From: Carcharhinus longimanus
Lineage: Eukaryota
Length of the DNA: 64,000 nt
Reading direction: 5' to 3'
Assembly: GCA_030264375.1 (NCBI GenBank)
Contig: JASCQW010000146.1
Location: 26,345,544 to 26,409,543, forward strand
Shown: piece after piece, positions 38,222 through 50,865 of the stretch
Numbering within the stretch: position 1 is the first letter of the stretch
How the letters are laid out: each line of letters opens with the position of its first letter
Made by a program: the position numbers and the translations under genes
Notes under the pieces: model-generated
Told to the model about the DNA's origin: nothing
The model's database searches: none
What the model saw: the letters and a program-made list of their open reading frames with translations, nothing else

Positions 38222-39983
38222 CTATATCCAGCAAGACAATATGAAGAGAGAGAGAGAAAACATTTAGAAATATGTGGTAAGCACATTCAAAAGCAAAATT
38301 CCATTGCAATGGGATTATATATATAAATGGCAGTATATAGTAGAATACAGTAAACAATTTATTAGACTTAGTGATGCAAATGACTAAATTCATACCCCTT
38401 TCTCAACTTCAATTTTATACATTTATTTTAATAAAACTAATTTACTAACAAACTAAGTAAACGTCCATACTAAGTGGGAGCAATGAAGCTTTTTAATCAC
38501 TTATATTCAGGTATTGGCTATTCCAGTTACAAACTGATCATTTAAAATAATTTAAGTATACCCTTCTGCTTTTGGTTAAAACAACAGCATTGAAAAGTCT
38601 AATTCCTTATAACTGTAAATGTGTGAACAAGTGGTTTATGATTGGAAAATTTCTTCACCCCTAATAAGAACTGAGAATTCACATCAAGTTGATGGCTTAA
38701 TAATTATACAATTCAATTTACAGGATCGTATTTGTGATATTTCCACTCCATAGAGTAATAAGATTTCACAGTGTTGTAAATAGAGAAATGAACAGACGCT
38801 ACACTGTTTTAATTAAAATGATTAGTTGCAGTTTATAAAAGGGGAAAGTGACTGACTGAAAATTGAGACGACAAGATGGAAGCTTAATGGAAATTAATTT
38901 ACATTACAGCTGCTTCCCTGAGTCCAGCCAGAGAGAACCCTTGTTACATTGCTCAAGTCCTGCCTGGTTGCAACTTGAACATGAACAAATGTACACAGAA
39001 CGATCTTTAACGGGAGATTTGATGTGCTTAGGTTAGAGAACAAGTAGTTTGCAAAGTGTTCACGGAAATGGAACACATTCCAGAAACTCTGCAAGTCTAA
39101 TTTGATACCGTCTCCCCCAGGGAGTTTTTCTCATCTTCACTTTGGAAGGCGGTGGCTCTCTACTGTGGTTGACAGTCCTGATTTAGCTTTGTATTGCCAG
39201 TCTGCAGTGTAAATGGACCCTTAAACTAATAAATCTTGTAGACATACTAAGTTCGTCCATGTTGAAGAATTCTTAGCTATTGATTATTACAGAGCATTCA
39301 GCATCTTTGAGAGTAATTAGCTTCAAACCTTGCTGGCTAGCTATGTTTTCTATTGTGTAAAGATGGTACTCCTAGAACATACCAGAGTCTACCACACACA
39401 AAGACTTCTTTACCACAGGCAAGCTGTTTTAGTAACATCTACAGCACACGAAATAATCCTGTATACATCTCTCCTTGTTGGCTGCAACTTCTGTGACTGT
39501 TTTTATGCTAATAAATATCACTGCTGTATCTACTATAGGAATTAATATAACAGAAGAACTAAAAGGATTACAATAAATGTTCAAAAACTGTAGTGCATTA
39601 GGTCCTATTAAGAAGAAGAAAACTGAACAGCATGATACAAGTGTCGGGATACAAGCACCTGTGACTTATGAAGGGAAAAATGTCAATCTTTCCTGCTTCC
39701 TAATGCCATTAACCCCATTTTGGAAGAGAGCAAAACATGCATGTGGTGATCTTTCACATCCCTTTTCTTGGTAAATGTTGCCTGTCTAACTTCTCCCAGA
39801 ATGCANNNNNNNNNNNNNNNNNNNNNNNNNNNNNNNNNNNNNNNNNNNNNNNNNNNNNNNNNNNNNNNNNNNNNNNNNNNNNNNNNNNNNNNNNNNNNNN
39901 NNNNNNNNNNNNNNNNNNNNNNNNNNNNNNNNNNNNNNNNNNNNNNNNNNNNNNNNNNNNNNNNNNNNNNNNNNNNNNNNNNN

Positions 39984-40100
39984 AGCATGAGCTTTCGCAG
40001 CATTGCCCCCTCACCTAATGAAGGGGCAACAGTTCAAAAGCTCATGCTACCAAATAAACCTGCTGGACTTTAACCTGGTGTTGTGAGACTACTTATTGTG
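39984..40100. mobile_element. Penelope-like pseudo-LTR fold-back junction (left arm runs into an N-gap)
   Basis: AGCATGAGCTTT...TGCCCC-CTCACCTAATGAA-GGGGCA...AAAGCTCATGCT then CCAAATAAACCTGCTGGACTTTAACCTGGTG. Confidence 0.75.
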
Positions 40101-40111
40101 CCGATCACTCA

Positions 40112-40415
40112 CTGTGGCACTGCTGCCTCAACAGCTCCACAGTCCTGGGTTCAATTCGTGGCTTGGGTCACTTTCTTTGTGGAGTATACACGGTCTCCCT
40201 GTGTCTGTATGGGTTTCTTCTGGGTGCTCCAATTTCCTCCCACTGTCCAAAGACGTGCGGTTAGGTGCACTGGCCATGCTAAATTGCCCGTGTGTCCCGG
40301 GATGCATAGGTTAGCGGGATTAACAGGGTAAATACATGAGGTTGTGAGGATTGTTGTCAGTGCAGACTCAATGGGCTGAATGGCTTCCTTCTTCTACAAT
40401 GCAGGGTTTCTATGG
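40112..40415 (+). mobile_element. V-SINE (HE1-like) with CR1-derived tail
   Basis: GCACTGCTGCCTCA, GGGTTCAATTC, V core, tail GCAGACTCAATGGGCTGAATGGC. Confidence 0.8.
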
Positions 40416-41139
40416 TCAATACATGCATTGAAATAGTAACTGCTACAATAAATGCTGGGGGAATAATCAGTGCCTGTGGAAACATATCCAAGGAGTCAAC
40501 ATTCCAGATGGGGAGGGAAAGGAGAATGGAGAAAATGATATAGAAGGATATACAACTCCTGCAGTGATGTCCTGGAACTGAGGTTATTGACCTCCAACCA
40601 CCACCATATCTGTACTTCTCCATAAAACATTTCTCATTACACAATTTGGTTACTCTTCTATAGCATCACATTTTTAAAGATGACATTCTTCTTCCTTGGT
40701 CATGCAATGCAATTGTATACTAAATTTCAACAGGCAAAATCATGAAGAACATTAAATACTGATAATGACATATACGAACTCCAATGGAAAACTGAAATAG
40801 GAAAGTTCTTCAACTGCAAAGAACATGTAATTATAAAAAAAGATTGAAGTGCAGCATAGTCTAGACAGTTGGATATGCGCAAACTTCTATATTATGACTA
40901 CTCATAGTTAGTAACACAATCCCCAACATCTAATAGCCTTCAATAATTTAGCTAATTGTGTGCTACAGCTCTGTGGGATAGTTACACTAAACAAAGAATT
41001 GTCCAATACGCTTCTAATAAAATAATCAACAATTTAATCAAAACATATAGAAAATGTGAACTTTTTATACTTTCTACATTTTTTTTTCATTTTGTGTGCA
41101 TAACCATGCGCGTGGAAGGTATGCATTAGGTACCTCACC

Positions 41140-41321
41140 AGTCAGCGATCTGTACTAGGACCCCAACTGTTCACATTATATTAATGATTTGGAAGAGGGA
41201 ACTGAATTTATTCTCTCAATTTGCAAATGACACAAAGTTGGTGGGAGGCTGACCTGTGAGGAGGATGCAGAGATGCTTCAGCATGGTTTGGACAGACTGA
41301 GTGTGTGGACACCTGCATGGC
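41140..41321 (+). mobile_element. CR1 RT fragment running into an N-gap
   Basis: SVLGPQLFT, INDLEEG, FANDTKL, DAEMLQHGLDRL. Confidence 0.85.
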
Positions 41322-42795
41322 NNNNNNNNNNNNNNNNNNNNNNNNNNNNNNNNNNNNNNNNNNNNNNNNNNNNNNNNNNNNNNNNNNNNNNNNNNNNNNN
41401 NNNNNNNNNNNNNNNNNNNNNNNNNNNNNNNNNNNNNNNNNNNNNNNNNNNNNNNNNNNNNNNNNNNNNNNNNNNNNNNNNNNNNNNNNNNNNNNNNNNN
41501 NNNNNNNNNNNNNNNNNNNNNNNNNNNNNNNNNNNNNNNNNNNNNNNNNNNNNNNNNNNNNNNNNNNNNNNNNNNNNNNNNNNNNNNNNNNNNNNNNNNN
41601 NNNNNNNNNNNNNNNNNNNNNNNNNNNNNNNNNNNNNNNNNNNNNNNNNNNNNNNNNNNNNNNNNNNNNNNNNNNNNNNNNNNNNNNNNNNNNNNNNNNN
41701 NNNNNNNNNNNNNNNNNNNNNNNNNNNNNNNNNNNNNNNNNNNNNNNNNNNNNNNNNNNNNNNNNNNNNNNNNNNNNNNNNNNNNNNNNNNNNNNNNNNN
41801 NNNNNNNNAGGGTCCATGGGAGGGTGGCTTGGCCAGGGATTAATGTGAGTGGACTATGCAGCTGGTGAATGTATTTGTGGTGGTCTGTCTCTCCCTAATT
41901 CCTAATATATATAACAGATATAGCTGGAAAAGACTTGTTTACATTTGATTTCTGTTTTCACAGCAAAACGGGGCATCGATATTATGAAAACATTTGGAGT
42001 TTCCCGATGCTTTTGGGAGATCATTAGGGGTTCTGCAGCTCGCAAAGTTTGGGAAACCCTGACTTGGTTTAACAAAAACCTATCTGCATAAGTCTATTTT
42101 TGAATTCTCAAGTACCTCTTCAGGCAGAGCAACAATTGTACCACTGAAAACTCTTCAGGGGTTTTCAAAGCTGGCTTTCAATACAGGAGATACTTTCTCA
42201 GCTGTCACTGAGTCATTTTTACTCTGCAAAAGATTCTAGCTTGTAACTTAGATTGATTATTGTATTAATTTAAATTAACAGCAGTTATATTTAAACAGAA
42301 CACTTCTAAATACTATGTGAAGATACAACTTAAATTCTCCCTATACTGTATTTAATAATGTCAAGCAAAAGAGGTGATGAGAATTATTCAAATGTTTGGC
42401 AGATCTTAAAACTTTAGAAAGTTTGTTAATATTGTCTATTCTGCCATAGAACATACTGTTTATTATCTACATCTTAAATGAACGCATTTGCCAAAGCATT
42501 ACTTTATAAATACACAGAATCCACATTTAAAACTTCATTCATTTTTAGAAACACATTAGTGTTAATGATCCAAAACTTCAAACAATGATAACCCACCATT
42601 AACACTAGCCTATTTAAATTATGTACATTCCACATTATTTCCTCTAATAGACTCATGCCAAGGAAAGTACAATAACAAATTGCTATTTGATATTATTTAT
42701 ATTTTATAAAACACAAGACTGAATCTTTATTTTTGATTTAAAATGTGCAAAAAATTAGCATTGATTTAAACTTGTAAATAAATTAGTTAACCTAC

Positions 42796-42870
42796 TCTGT
42801 ACTTGTTTTCTCCAATCTGCTCCACCTGAAACCGTTTTGCACATTTACATTGTGCCACTTGCCGTGTCAC
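42796..42870 (-). CDS. MACF1: MACF1 exon, GAR domain first half ([25 protein letters not shown])
   Basis: 75 nt, CAG/GTAGG, phase 0-0; CxC motif. Confidence 0.96.
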
Positions 42871-43411
42871 CTGTAAAGCAGAGATTTTTAAAGTTAGAAA
42901 CTAAAATGAATCAAAGTGTGTCACCTACAAAAACTAGTTTTACATTACACATTAGCAGGATGTGGTAGCTCTCAAGAATAAATCTAACTTTTGTTTTAAA
43001 CATGAAAAGTACCATCTCAAATACATTCTATGGCATTAAGGATTATAATTTGCACGCGGCAATCATGGAAAGCAGTTCCATCATATATAACTAATCAAGA
43101 TACTAGTTACAATAGTCTCCGAGAGCTTGGCTGATTTTCTTTGGGGCCCAGCGAAGGAGGGAGAAGGGTGTGGTTGATCATGTCAAGATGGTACAGGTTT
43201 GATGGATCAATTGATACTCTCATGTCCCTATTCACGTGTGCATTGTCACTAATTCACCACGCAACGCAGAAGAACTTCAGTCATACTTCTGTCACATTTC
43301 AGAGGAATGCTTTCTCTTTCTAATTTTAAGTATTTTCTTGTGCTTGATTCTTAACCCAAGTGCAAGATTTGTTTATGGCCTATGTTGAACTAAAGCCAGT
43401 GAACTATGTAC

Positions 43412-43566
43412 CTCATCTTCAATTTTGTCAGCATCCGTAACAGGCCGGTAGGCATCTTTATTTGGATGAAGTGCGGCCACAAATTCATAATAATCAATAT
43501 AACCATCTCCATCCCGGTCAAAGATGTCAGCAACAGCAGTCATTTCCAGTTTACTGGTGGGAAACT
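43412..43566 (-). CDS. MACF1: MACF1 exon, EF-hand 2 ([29 protein letters not shown]...DKIEDE)
   Basis: 155 nt, CAG/GTAC, phase 1-0. Confidence 0.96.
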
Positions 43567-43953
43567 CTGAAATGTTAGACAATAGAACATAAAATTGGAT
43601 AACTTTATATGATTTTCACCAATTTTCAAGATTTTATGCCTTAGACCTTCTTCTTCACTCCATAATCACTCAGCCTTCATGCCAAATCCGGGCTACTAAT
43701 AACACAGACCTGCAAATTGCCAAACAGTCAATTATGAGTGAAGCTGCATCCTATTACTCTAAAATCAAGCATGCAGCAGCATCGCAATCAAAGTCCTGAC
43801 ATGGATGGGCACATTTTTGAAGAAGTGATCCCTGTATAAACCTAGTCCATCTCTCCAATGTAAAGCAAATGGTCCAGTGAAGGAATAAAGTTATATTTGA
43901 CTCCAGAACAACGTTTTAGAAAATGAAAGAACAAACTTTATAAAACCAATTAC

Positions 43954-44116
43954 TTGAGGACAGGATTCCATCAATGAACTCCTGTCTTGTGATCTTTCCA
44001 TCTTGATCCTTATCAATGCGTCGGAAAAAGTCCATTACGCGGGACTTCTTATGGTTCATCCATCGCATGTATTTCTTTCGCCAAACATCAAAGTCAAAGT
44101 TGGCAAATTCTTTCAA
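43954..44116 (-). CDS. MACF1: MACF1 exon, EF-hand 1 ([47 protein letters not shown]...)
   Basis: 163 nt, CAG/GTAAT, phase 0-1; DxDxDG loop. Confidence 0.96.
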
Positions 44117-44229
44117 CTGAAATTGAAAGAAAGGTTTCATTGGAAAATTAAAAACTGAGGTGAAATTAGGCTGCACAGATTGCATAATGCTCAGACTTTA
44201 AATATTTCAATAAAAAAACTAAAAAAATA

Positions 44230-44832
44230 GCCATATGGGATTTTGACTTTTTAAATAGAGGTTTAGAATACAAAAGCAAGGAAGTTATTCTAAATTCTTA
44301 CAAATGATCAAGCCTCAGTTAGAATACAGAATCCAGTTCTGAGCAGCATATTCCAAGAAAAAGATCCTGGAGAAGTGAGTTACCAGAATTATGCAAGAGA
44401 TTTCAGTCAAGAGAATAGACAAAAAAGTGGGCTGTTTCCCAAAGAGCAAAGAAGGTTAAAGGGAAGTTTCATAGGAGTGGCCAAAATGATGAGGGGTTTG
44501 ATAGAGCAATTAAGTAGAAAATGTTTCTTGTGTCAGTAACCAGAGGACACAGATTAGGGATAATTGGCAGAAAAACCAAAATGAAAACAAAGATAATTAA
44601 TTTTAAACATAGTCTGATATTGAGATCCGGAGTGCATTTCCCAAACTGGCAATGAAAACTGATTCAACAGTAATTTACAAAAGGGAACTGGATATACAAG
44701 TGAAAAGGAAAAGAAATATGGGCTATTGCACAAAGGTTGTGGAGTGGGGCTAACTGGATAGCCCTTTCCAGGAGCTGGCAAAGGCACAAGGGGCTGAATA
44801 GCCTCTTTCTGTGTTGTTAGATTCTATGATTC
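44230..44832 (+). mobile_element. Old CR1 3' fragment
   Basis: GLEYKSKEVILNLYK...PQLEY and tail GGGCTGAATAGCCTCTTTCTGTG. Confidence 0.75.
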
Positions 44833-44882
44833 ACAGGTCATATACCATAATACAAAGTGCTTTTGTAAATTATAGCCCTTAC

Positions 44883-45052
44883 TTCCTCCAACCGGTCCAA
44901 ACAGTCATGCAGCTTGCGCTGTCTCTCCAGTGCCAGTAACCAGACTTGCTGCCACCTGCCAGAAAGCAAATTTATCCGGGGATTCTTTGCTTCAGTCTGT
45001 GGCGGGATAGCAGTGGGTGCAGGTGGATTAGTCATCTGATTTAGAGGTTTTC
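44883..45052 (-). CDS. MACF1: MACF1 exon (RKPLNQ...[37 protein letters not shown])
   Basis: 170 nt, TAG/GTAAG, phase 1-0. Confidence 0.92.
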
Positions 45053-45515
45053 CTATAACACAAAGAAAATGATCACCAGATGTTGATTACCCTAGTATTT
45101 TAAGTTGTATTGTTCATAAGATCCAAATGGTTATAATGCCTCTAATAAAAGAGATATCACTTCAAACTTACTGCTTTCAATAAACAAGTACTAATTTAGT
45201 TAATGTTCCTAAAAGAAAAATCAGCTTTGAAGAGTATAGTACACTGAAAATCTTAAAAAAATTAAATCAACATGATATAACGCAATCAATAATTCATAAA
45301 GTAAATAAGGCATAACTATTCAAAGATTATTTGTTCATTCCTGACCTTATTTTAGATTAAAAAAAATCATTCAGCACTCAATAGTTATTCATCAAATATT
45401 CATCTATTCATTTAGTAAATTGTGACCAAAGCAATAATTATAGTTCTGAGGGCGTTCTTTCCCTGTATGTTTGATCTGTATTCTATTACCCCTTTGTTGA
45501 ACGAAAGAGGCTTAC

Positions 45516-45612
45516 TTCCTCGCATGTGGGATGGTTCTACTGCTTTCCGCTTGTATGTTTTTGTTACTTTGTCCACATCTGGTTGCTTCCGTGTCATTTC
45601 TTCCATGAAAGA
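45516..45612 (-). CDS. MACF1: MACF1 exon ([32 protein letters not shown])
   Basis: 97 nt, CAG/GTAAGC, phase 0-1. Confidence 0.88.
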
Positions 45613-45914
45613 CTGAGTAAAGAAAGATAATTCAAGAGGGAAGTGGACAGTTAATAATAGTTGAGAATACTTGATGATTTCATTTAATTTGAGCTTGAAA
45701 ATACCAACAGTGGGTGCTTCCATTCATTGATTTGGAAAATATATTTACTTTTCCAAAATATCACTGAAAAATCAGTATCTGATTATCAGTGTATAGTTGT
45801 GTATTGTGGTGCTGGACAAGGTTCCGGCTTCAAACATATCATGGATCTTCATGAAACTGAATTCAATAAAGGTGGTAATTCATAGGCTGGTACCAGGCTG
45901 CGATCATAAAAGCT

Positions 45915-47290
45915 CAGTAAGAAGTCTCAAAATACCAGGTTAAAATCCAACAGGTTTATTTAGTAGCACAAGCTTTGGGAGCGTTGCTCCTTCTTGAGGT
46001 GAGTGAAGAGTTGTGTTCGCAAACAGGCTGCACATCGACACAGATTCAATTTACAAGATAATGGTTGGAATGTGAGTCTTTAAAGGTACAGACAATATGA
46101 GTGGAGAGAGGGTCAAGCACAGGTTAAAGAGGTGGGAATTGTCTCAAGCCAGAACAGTTAGTGAGATTCTCCAGAACCTTCATCATGTCATCGATGAAGA
46201 CGAACATCTTGCCAGGGCCATTCCCATACCTCCACTTCTTGCCTTCAAACAAACCATTGTCCACAGCAAACTATCCAGCCTTCAGGAGATAAGGGCATTG
46301 GTGAGGCCGCAGCTGGAGTACTGTGTGCAGTTTTGGGCGCCGCACCTGCGCAAAGATATTTTGGCCTNNNNNNNNNNNNNNNNNNNNNNNNNNNNNNNNN
46401 NNNNNNNNNNNNNNNNNNNNNNNNNNNNNNNNNNNNNNNNNNNNNNNNNNNNNNNNNNNNNNNNNNNATTGAATGGCGGGGCAGGCTCGAAGGGCCAGAT
46501 GGCCTACTCCTGCTCCTATTTCTTATGTTCTTATGTTCTTATCACAACCCTGCCACAACAACCTCTGCAAGATATGCAGGATCATCGACACCGGTGTCAT
46601 CATCTCACGTGAGAGCACCATCCACTAGGTACACAGTACATACTCTGGTGACTCAGCCAACATTGTCTACCTCATATGCTGCAGGAAAGGATACCCTGAC
46701 ACATGGTACATTGGCAAGACCATGCAGACACTATGACAATGGATGAATGAACACCACTTGACAATCACCCGGCAGGAGTTCTCTCTTCCTGTCAGGGAAC
46801 ACTTCAGCAGTCAAGGGCCTTCATCCTCTGATCTTCGGTAAGCATTCTCCAAGGCGGCCTTCATGACACATGACAACGTAGAATCGCTGAGCAGAAACTG
46901 ATAGCTGAGTTCCACACACAAGGACGGCCTGAACTGGGGTCTTGAGTTCATGTCACACTATCTGTAACCCCCCATGACTTGCCTAGGCTTGCAAAATCTC
47001 ACTAACTGTCCTGGCTTCAGACAATTCACACCTCTTTAACCTTCTCTCCACTCGCATTGTCTGTACCTGTAAAGACTTGATTACCTGTAAAGACTCTTTA
47101 TTCCAACCATTATCTTGTAAATTGAGTCTGTGTCTATGTATGCCCTGTTTGTGAACACAACTCTTCATTCACCTAAAGGAGCAATGCTCCAAAAGCTTGT
47201 GCTACCAAATAAACCTGTTGGACTTTAACCTGGTGTTGTCAGACTTCTTACGGTGCTTACCCCTGTCCAACGACGGCATCTCCACATCAT
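45915..47290 (+). mobile_element. Penelope-like retroelement: inverted 5' pseudo-LTR, GIY-YIG remnant and 3' pseudo-LTR, with a nested CR1
   Basis: DSANIVYLICCRKGYPDTWYIGKTMQTL*QWMNEH...LPVREHFS...EQKLIAEF; 45917-46170 is the reverse complement of about 46995-47250. Confidence 0.9.
46288..46540 (+). mobile_element. CR1 3' fragment nested inside the Penelope-like element
   Basis: ALVRPQLEYCVQFWAPHLRKDILA; tail ending in TTCTTATG repeats. Confidence 0.9.
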
Positions 47291-48385
47291 GGATACCATA
47301 AAACCTGCGAGTTTTAGCAGCAGGGAAAAAGGACATGCAACCTCTTAGAGAGTCTGGCCTGAAGTTGACTTCACTTCTACTCCACGTGATTAAGCCCTCG
47401 GGCAATAAATATTGCATTGTCAGCATCAGCCAAATAATAGGAACTAACTTTTAAAAAGGTAATCTTGGGACTTTGGTAGACTAAGTTAACTAGTGCTTTT
47501 CAGGTACTATGTTAGTCCAGTTTTTAAGTCAATTTGCTGCCGTAATGATGGTGAAACTGGCAGCATTCACCATCATACTCCATTGAAACGGACAGTCAGT
47601 AGTATATCCAGAATAATGTGGAAATCCAGAAGTCACTGTCAATGAGTTTAGGGTCGTTCAAAGCTCCTACTGCAGACTGCAATCTTGCACGTAATCATCG
47701 TTTAACAAAAACCTCTACTCTAAATTGGTTAGCTCTGCAGTTAAAATCCCTAGAAAAAGTTATGCCTTGTATAAAATGCAATGACTTTTTAACGGGAAAT
47801 AACTTCAAGCTACCGCTGCACATCTTTGTTGCCTCTGTAAACAATTTTATATTTAGAGTTTGAAATTTATCAACAATTATTTAAAAATCCATATATTTTT
47901 ACAACTTTTTTCTTCTTTTAAAAAGTCATTGTCTTCATTTTAGATTCTTTCTTAATAGTCAAACATTTATTTTGTTACCTGACAATTCAAATTAAAAGTG
48001 TGTGTTTTAAGTGCTTTCAATTTCCTGGTTTGCTTTGTGTGAAAAATTAAATTTGTTTGGCTGCCTAACATCATTGTTGCTGCATGCTAAGACATCCCCT
48101 TGACTTGGCATTGGGGAGATGTCCACCACAAACATCTCTAGATCTATGTGGGCAGCTTTCTTAGAGGCCACAGTGGGTGGCCTTGCTTTGCTGCTGACCG
48201 CAAAGTCCAGGCCATAAAGCACAACATCTAATGGATTATGAATCACAGAAAACACAAAAGTTCACATTTTGAAAAATTGATTGCTGAGCTAGAAATGTAT
48301 CAGTCAATAAATTACAACAAACAGATTAAGAAACAATTTTATCAATATACTTGTTGCTCATCTGAGGCAGAAGCTTCAGATATAC

Positions 48386-48574
48386 CTGGTGCTCTGTGAT
48401 GAGCGTTTTGACCTGTTCAATGTCCTTTGGCATAGAGTCCTGATCCCTCTGTACAAGCGTAGTTTCAGCCCACTGTAACCAGGCCAACAATTCATCCAAT
48501 AATTCCGCATTGGTGACCAACTCTGATAGTGCGGTTGCCAATCTTTGCTGGTGCTGTTTTGCCCATGTCAACAC
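48386..48574 (-). CDS. MACF1: MACF1 exon (VLTWAKQHQQRL...LITEHQ)
   Basis: 189 nt, TAG/GTATAT, phase 0-0. Confidence 0.95.
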
Positions 48575-49997
48575 CTAGAGATAGTATGACAAAAATAAAA
48601 TGATAAATGTTTTTTGTCTGGCTTGATGACAAACGTAAAAATCCATAGGTAGAAAATCTTGATTATGAAGAAGTCTGCTGCTTGCTAAAAAGTCCCTTTT
48701 CGAATACCTAACACTTGAAATTTTCAGACAATATCTTTGCCAAATATTGCATCATTAAAAACATATACAGAGCCTGAGAAGCTGTAAGAACACACTGTTC
48801 CTTATTTAGGATGCTTAAATGAGTGCTGCTATTAAGTCTATGAGGAGAAATTAGCATCCAGAACTTCAAGCCTATTTCCACTTTATTTAAGTTAACAAAT
48901 TTACAATGAGGAACCACAACTGATGATTTGTATCCAGGCTATGAATCACAGTATGTCTGTTCTAAATAACTATAAATGTTCTATTTACATCAAGGCGATC
49001 CTTGATATGGCACAGTCATCCAATGAGCATCCAGGCCAAGCCAATATCCGAGCCTGTGAAATGCTTAGATCAGGTTCTTGCTATCCAATACCAACGGTGG
49101 ACTCCTGCAATCTCTCCAATCCTAGCCCTACCTGTCGTTAGGATATTTCCAGTTCTTCATTTGCAATTGTGAAGACAAAGCAGTTCAGTTGGATGGCTCT
49201 GACCAGAAGACCGGATTCTGACCCTGCATCAGATTAAGTTTAGTAGGCACCATTGGTAACATCTCCTCCTTCAATGTGAGGATGCCCATATTCTGCTGGC
49301 TCTGCGGTCATCCATCATGTCGAGTCCACCTCTTCGCTCAGCAGGACCAAAAGGAATGAGCTGAAACTACAAACTGAGCAGACCATAATCCCACTCAAGT
49401 CCATCCACTCTAAATTGGGCATAAAGTTATATTCCTAGTTGTGCCACTGAACCACACAATGGGTGGTATGAAATGCTGAGATAAAAATGATCATAATTAG
49501 GTGTAGTTATTCATTTAAAACATATCCTGAAGAGACACCAAACTTATAGAAATGCCAGTTGGAAGCTTTTCTCGCCCAACATACAATCTGCTCTCAATAG
49601 TGATATCAACTTCATGGAATAAAAATATATTTTAATATTAATAATTACCTGTGGTATCAGAAATATCTTCTCACACATGATTAACTTTAGGGTAATATCA
49701 TATAAAATAATGTTGGTTAAACACTATGAACGAAAGTGTAAGAACAGAGGTACTGCTATAATTATAGTGGAGCAATAAACTGTGAAAAGGGAAAGGAACA
49801 TAAGAACTGGAATAGATCATACAGCCCCTCAAGCTTATTCCGCCAATTAGAAAATGGGGAAAACAGAACATTGCAACAGTGATGTTTCCTTATCTCAAAC
49901 ATTATCATTTGTCACACATTTAACTTAGACGAAATAGCTTTTAAAACTGCAGTATCACTGCAAATCAATTTCACTGTTCCCTCGCTGGGTGACTGAC

Positions 49998-50865
49998 ATA
50001 GAAACCAGAAGCAGGAGGAGATGATTTGGCCTTTGGGCCTGCTCTGCCATTCATTTTGATCATGGCTGATCATCAAATTCAATATCCTGATTCCCACCCC
50101 CCTTCCCTCCATATCCCTTGATCCCTTTAGTCTCCAGAGCCATATCTAATTTCTTCTTGAAATCAGACAACGTTTTGGCCTCAACTATATTCTACTCATT
50201 CACCACCCTCTGGGTGAAGAAATTTCTCCTCACTTCAGTTCTAAAATTTTCCTGATCCTCAAAATACGACCCCTAGTTCTGGACTCCCTCCCCACCATTG
50301 GGAACATTCTTTCTGAATCCGAACCGCCTTAATCTTTCCTCTTATGACAGTTCTGCCATCCCAGGGATAGCCTGGTAAACTTTTGCTGTACTCCCTCTAT
50401 AGCAAGGATATCCTTCCTCAGATAAGGACACCAAAACTGCACACAATACTCCTGGTGTGGCCTCACCAATGCCCTATACAATTACAGCAAAACATCCCTA
50501 TCGCTATACTCAAAACCTCTCACTATGAAGGACAACATAGCATTTGCCTTCTTTACTGTCTGCTGTACCTGCATGCTTACTTACAGCGATTGATGTATGA
50601 GGGCATCAAGGTCTTGCTGAATATCCACCTTTCTCAATTTACATCCAAATAATAATCTATCTTCCTAGTACTGCCACCAAAGTGGATAACCTCACATTTA
50701 TCCACATTATACTGCATCTGCCATGCATATGCCCGCACACACAGCTGTCCGAATGATGCTGAAGCATCTCTGCGTCCTCCTCACAGCTCACCCTCCCACC
50801 CAACTTTGTATCATCTGCAAGTCTGGAGATAATACATTCAGTTTCCTCTTCCAAATCATTCATAT
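49998..50865 (-). mobile_element. CR1 3' half
   Basis: NDLEEETECIISRLADDTKLGG, WQMQYNVDKC, ALVRPHQEYCVQFWCPYLRKD on the minus strand. Confidence 0.92.

Noticed and set aside
41273-41868. Long ORFs in several frames
   Set aside because: Run through N-gaps; the same applies at 2816, 4416, 11820, 14142, 28412, 39683 and 46097
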